Positions 62,378 through 64,000 of a stretch of DNA of 64,000 bases are shown here, one piece after another. A program made the translations under genes and the position numbers. The notes beneath the pieces are model-generated. The model was not told the origin of the DNA. It saw only the letters and a list, made by a program, of their open reading frames with translations, and searched no databases. The DNA comes from Gammaproteobacteria bacterium (lineage in GTDB: Bacteria > Pseudomonadota > Gammaproteobacteria > Eutrophobiales > Eutrophobiaceae): NCBI GenBank assembly GCA_965238225.1, contig OZ250183.1, positions 224,001 through 288,000 of the forward strand, in the 5' to 3' direction. Positions within the stretch are counted from its first letter, which is position 1; each line of letters begins with the position of its first letter.

Positions 62378-64000
62378 TTGCCTAAATTTAATAGACTCAG
62401 GCTCAATACGTTTGGACGCAAAGCCAAGATGGTGCGTTTTCTACAACGCAGTTTCGTAGTGCTACAAGGCATTGTTTTCACCTTGCAGCCGATGCTGGTA
62501 CACGCTAATGCGGTTGTAATTGATGCTGCAGCGCCCGTAAACCAACAAGCAAGTCTCATCAGCGCGCCAAATGGCGTACCGCTAATTGATATTGCACAGC
62601 CTAACAGCCAAGGTCTGTCGCATAATAAGTACCTGAGATTTGATGTTGAACAACAAGGTCTGATTTTAAACAACAGCCTGAATGTTGAGCGTTCCCAATT
62701 AGGCGGTATGCTTAATGGTAATTTCAACTTCAGTGGTCAAGCAGCAGATTTAATCTTAAATGAAGTTACCGGCAGCAATCGTTCTAGTCTCGAAGGTTTG
62801 ATAGAAGTTCATGGCAAAAGTGCAGGTGTGATCCTTGCCAATCCTCATGGCATTACCTGTAATGGCTGTGGCTTCATCAATACACCAAGGGCAACATTCA
62901 GCACAGGTGTGCCAAATCTAGTTAATGGCCAATTAGATAGCCTCAATGTAAACCAAGGAGATGTGTTGATTGAGGGTCTAGGTCTTAATGGAAGCAATAT
63001 AGATTATTTCGATATCGTCTCACGCAGTGCTGTAATTAATGCACAGCTGCACAGCAAAAATCTCAACATCATAACTGGTCGCAATGATGTGAACTATACA
63101 ACACGAGGTATCGCTGCCAAGGCGGATGACGGCAGTACCAAGCCTTCCTTTGCCATCAGTTCTTCTGCATTGGGTGGCATGTATGGCGAGCGCATCACTT
63201 TACTTGGAACCGAGGCCGGTGTGGGCGTGAATCTTACCGGTGTGGCCTCAACATCTGTAGGTGATATGAACATGACTGCGGACGGAACCATTAACTTGCA
63301 GAATGTTTCTGCAAAAAGAGATTTAATATTAAGTTCTGTCACAGGTGACGTTCATATTAATGCTGATGCAACAGTTTCTGCAGAACGTGATGTTGATATC
63401 GTGGCTGATGTCACCACCGTTAATAATGGTGGCAGTATCGCAGCAGCCAATGACCTACACATAAAAAGCCGAGAGCTGCATAATCTCTATGGCTTAATCG
63501 TTTCTGGAAAAAATCAGACCTTGGAAGGTAAAACGGCAGGAACAAAATCAGAATTACTGGAAAACAAATCAGGCTCTTTGTTGACCATTGATGGCGATAT
63601 AAGCATCCGCACCGAGTTATTGCAAAATAAGAATCCAGCTGTTATCAACATCAGAACAGAAACCACAGATCAGCATCATGCGTATACGCAGGGTCGCCCA
63701 CCCACAGTGCCGCACTACTCTGACTTAGATTACGGAGCTTCTTACGGAATATCTGCAACAGCGTATGCCAATATGTATAGTAGTACACTCAAGCGCTTTG
63801 TTTTTCTTCCGCACCCAAATGAAGTTCAACGGATTATGGAAGCACACGGTCTCACATCTTGGGGCGCGGATGACTGGAAAACATATTACAACACTGAAGC
63901 AGGTGGATACGATGCAGCCAATGGCGGCGCATACGATCTAAAAAAATGGAGCCTTGTAGTGGGCGAGAGTGATTGGTTTACTACATCCACATATGTTGTC
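62378..64000 (+). CDS. TpsA filamentous haemagglutinin/CdiA-like exoprotein, 3' end beyond window
   Basis: GGGGAGG RBS and TTG start; signal peptide; TPS domain NGVPLIDIA..GLSHNKY..GLILNN and NPHGITCNGCGFINT; the segments I translated are open in one frame through 64000. Confidence 0.93.
   Translation, partial: MPKFNRLRLNTFGRKAKMVRFLQRSFVVLQGIVFTLQPMLVHANAVVIDAAAPVNQQASLISAPNGVPLIDIAQPNSQGLSHNKYLRFDVEQQGLILNNSLNVERSQLGGMLNGNFNFSGQAADLILNEVTGSNRSSLEGLIEVHGKSAGVILANPHGITCNGCGFINTPRATFSTGVPNLVNGQLDSLNVNQGDVLIEGLGLNGSNIDYFDIVSRSAVINAQLHSKNLNIITGRNDVNYTTRGIAAKADDGSTKPSFAISSSALGGMYGERITLLGTEAGVGVNLTGVASTSVGDMNMTADGTINLQNVSAKRDLILSSVTGDVHINADATVSAERDVDIVADVTTVNNGGSIAAANDLHIKSRELHNLYGLIVSGKNQTLEGKTAGTKSELLENKSGSLLTIDGDISIRTELLQNKNPAVINIRTETTDQHHAYTQGRPPTVPHYSDLDYGASYGISATAYANMYSSTLKRFVFLPHPNEVQRIMEAHGLTSWGADDWKTYYNTEAGGYDAANGGAYDLKKWSLVVGESDWFTTSTYVV

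Overview
A gammaproteobacterial chromosomal window (roughly 40% GC by eye) that spans the replication origin and consists mostly of intact housekeeping genes. In order: a partial M16 peptidase, ftsYEX-rpoH, a caa3-type cytochrome c oxidase cluster, bioBFHCD/comF, gyrB-dnaN-(oriC)-dnaA, rpmH-rnpA-yidD-yidC-mnmE, an LPS-core glycosyltransferase cluster, ilvE, tatABC, hisAFIE, polA, mgtE, the PTS/rpoN/lptCAB/kdsCD cluster, amgK-murU, and a two-partner secretion pair whose TpsA runs off the right end. I found no rRNA, tRNA, CRISPR array or intact transposase. The most interesting signals lie between the ORFs. (1) Genes are missing from their conserved slots and leave readable scars: recF is reduced to a 31-codon tail that still carries a perfect parS, rapZ and hpf survive as fused N- and C-terminal stubs, and ctaA is absent. 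(2) A shattered low-GC RloC-like AAA_13/HEPN defence gene. (3) Two copies of an IS1016-like MITE, one next to a Sel1-repeat remnant inside the cox cluster. (4) A perfect CIRCE upstream of rpoH and a BirA operator embedded in comF. (5) A CdiA-like TpsA that appears to have an unusually short stalk. Together these suggest a genome under reductive evolution, possibly host-associated (inference). I cannot show a clearly new multi-gene system. All family assignments come from motif recognition by eye, not from database searches.
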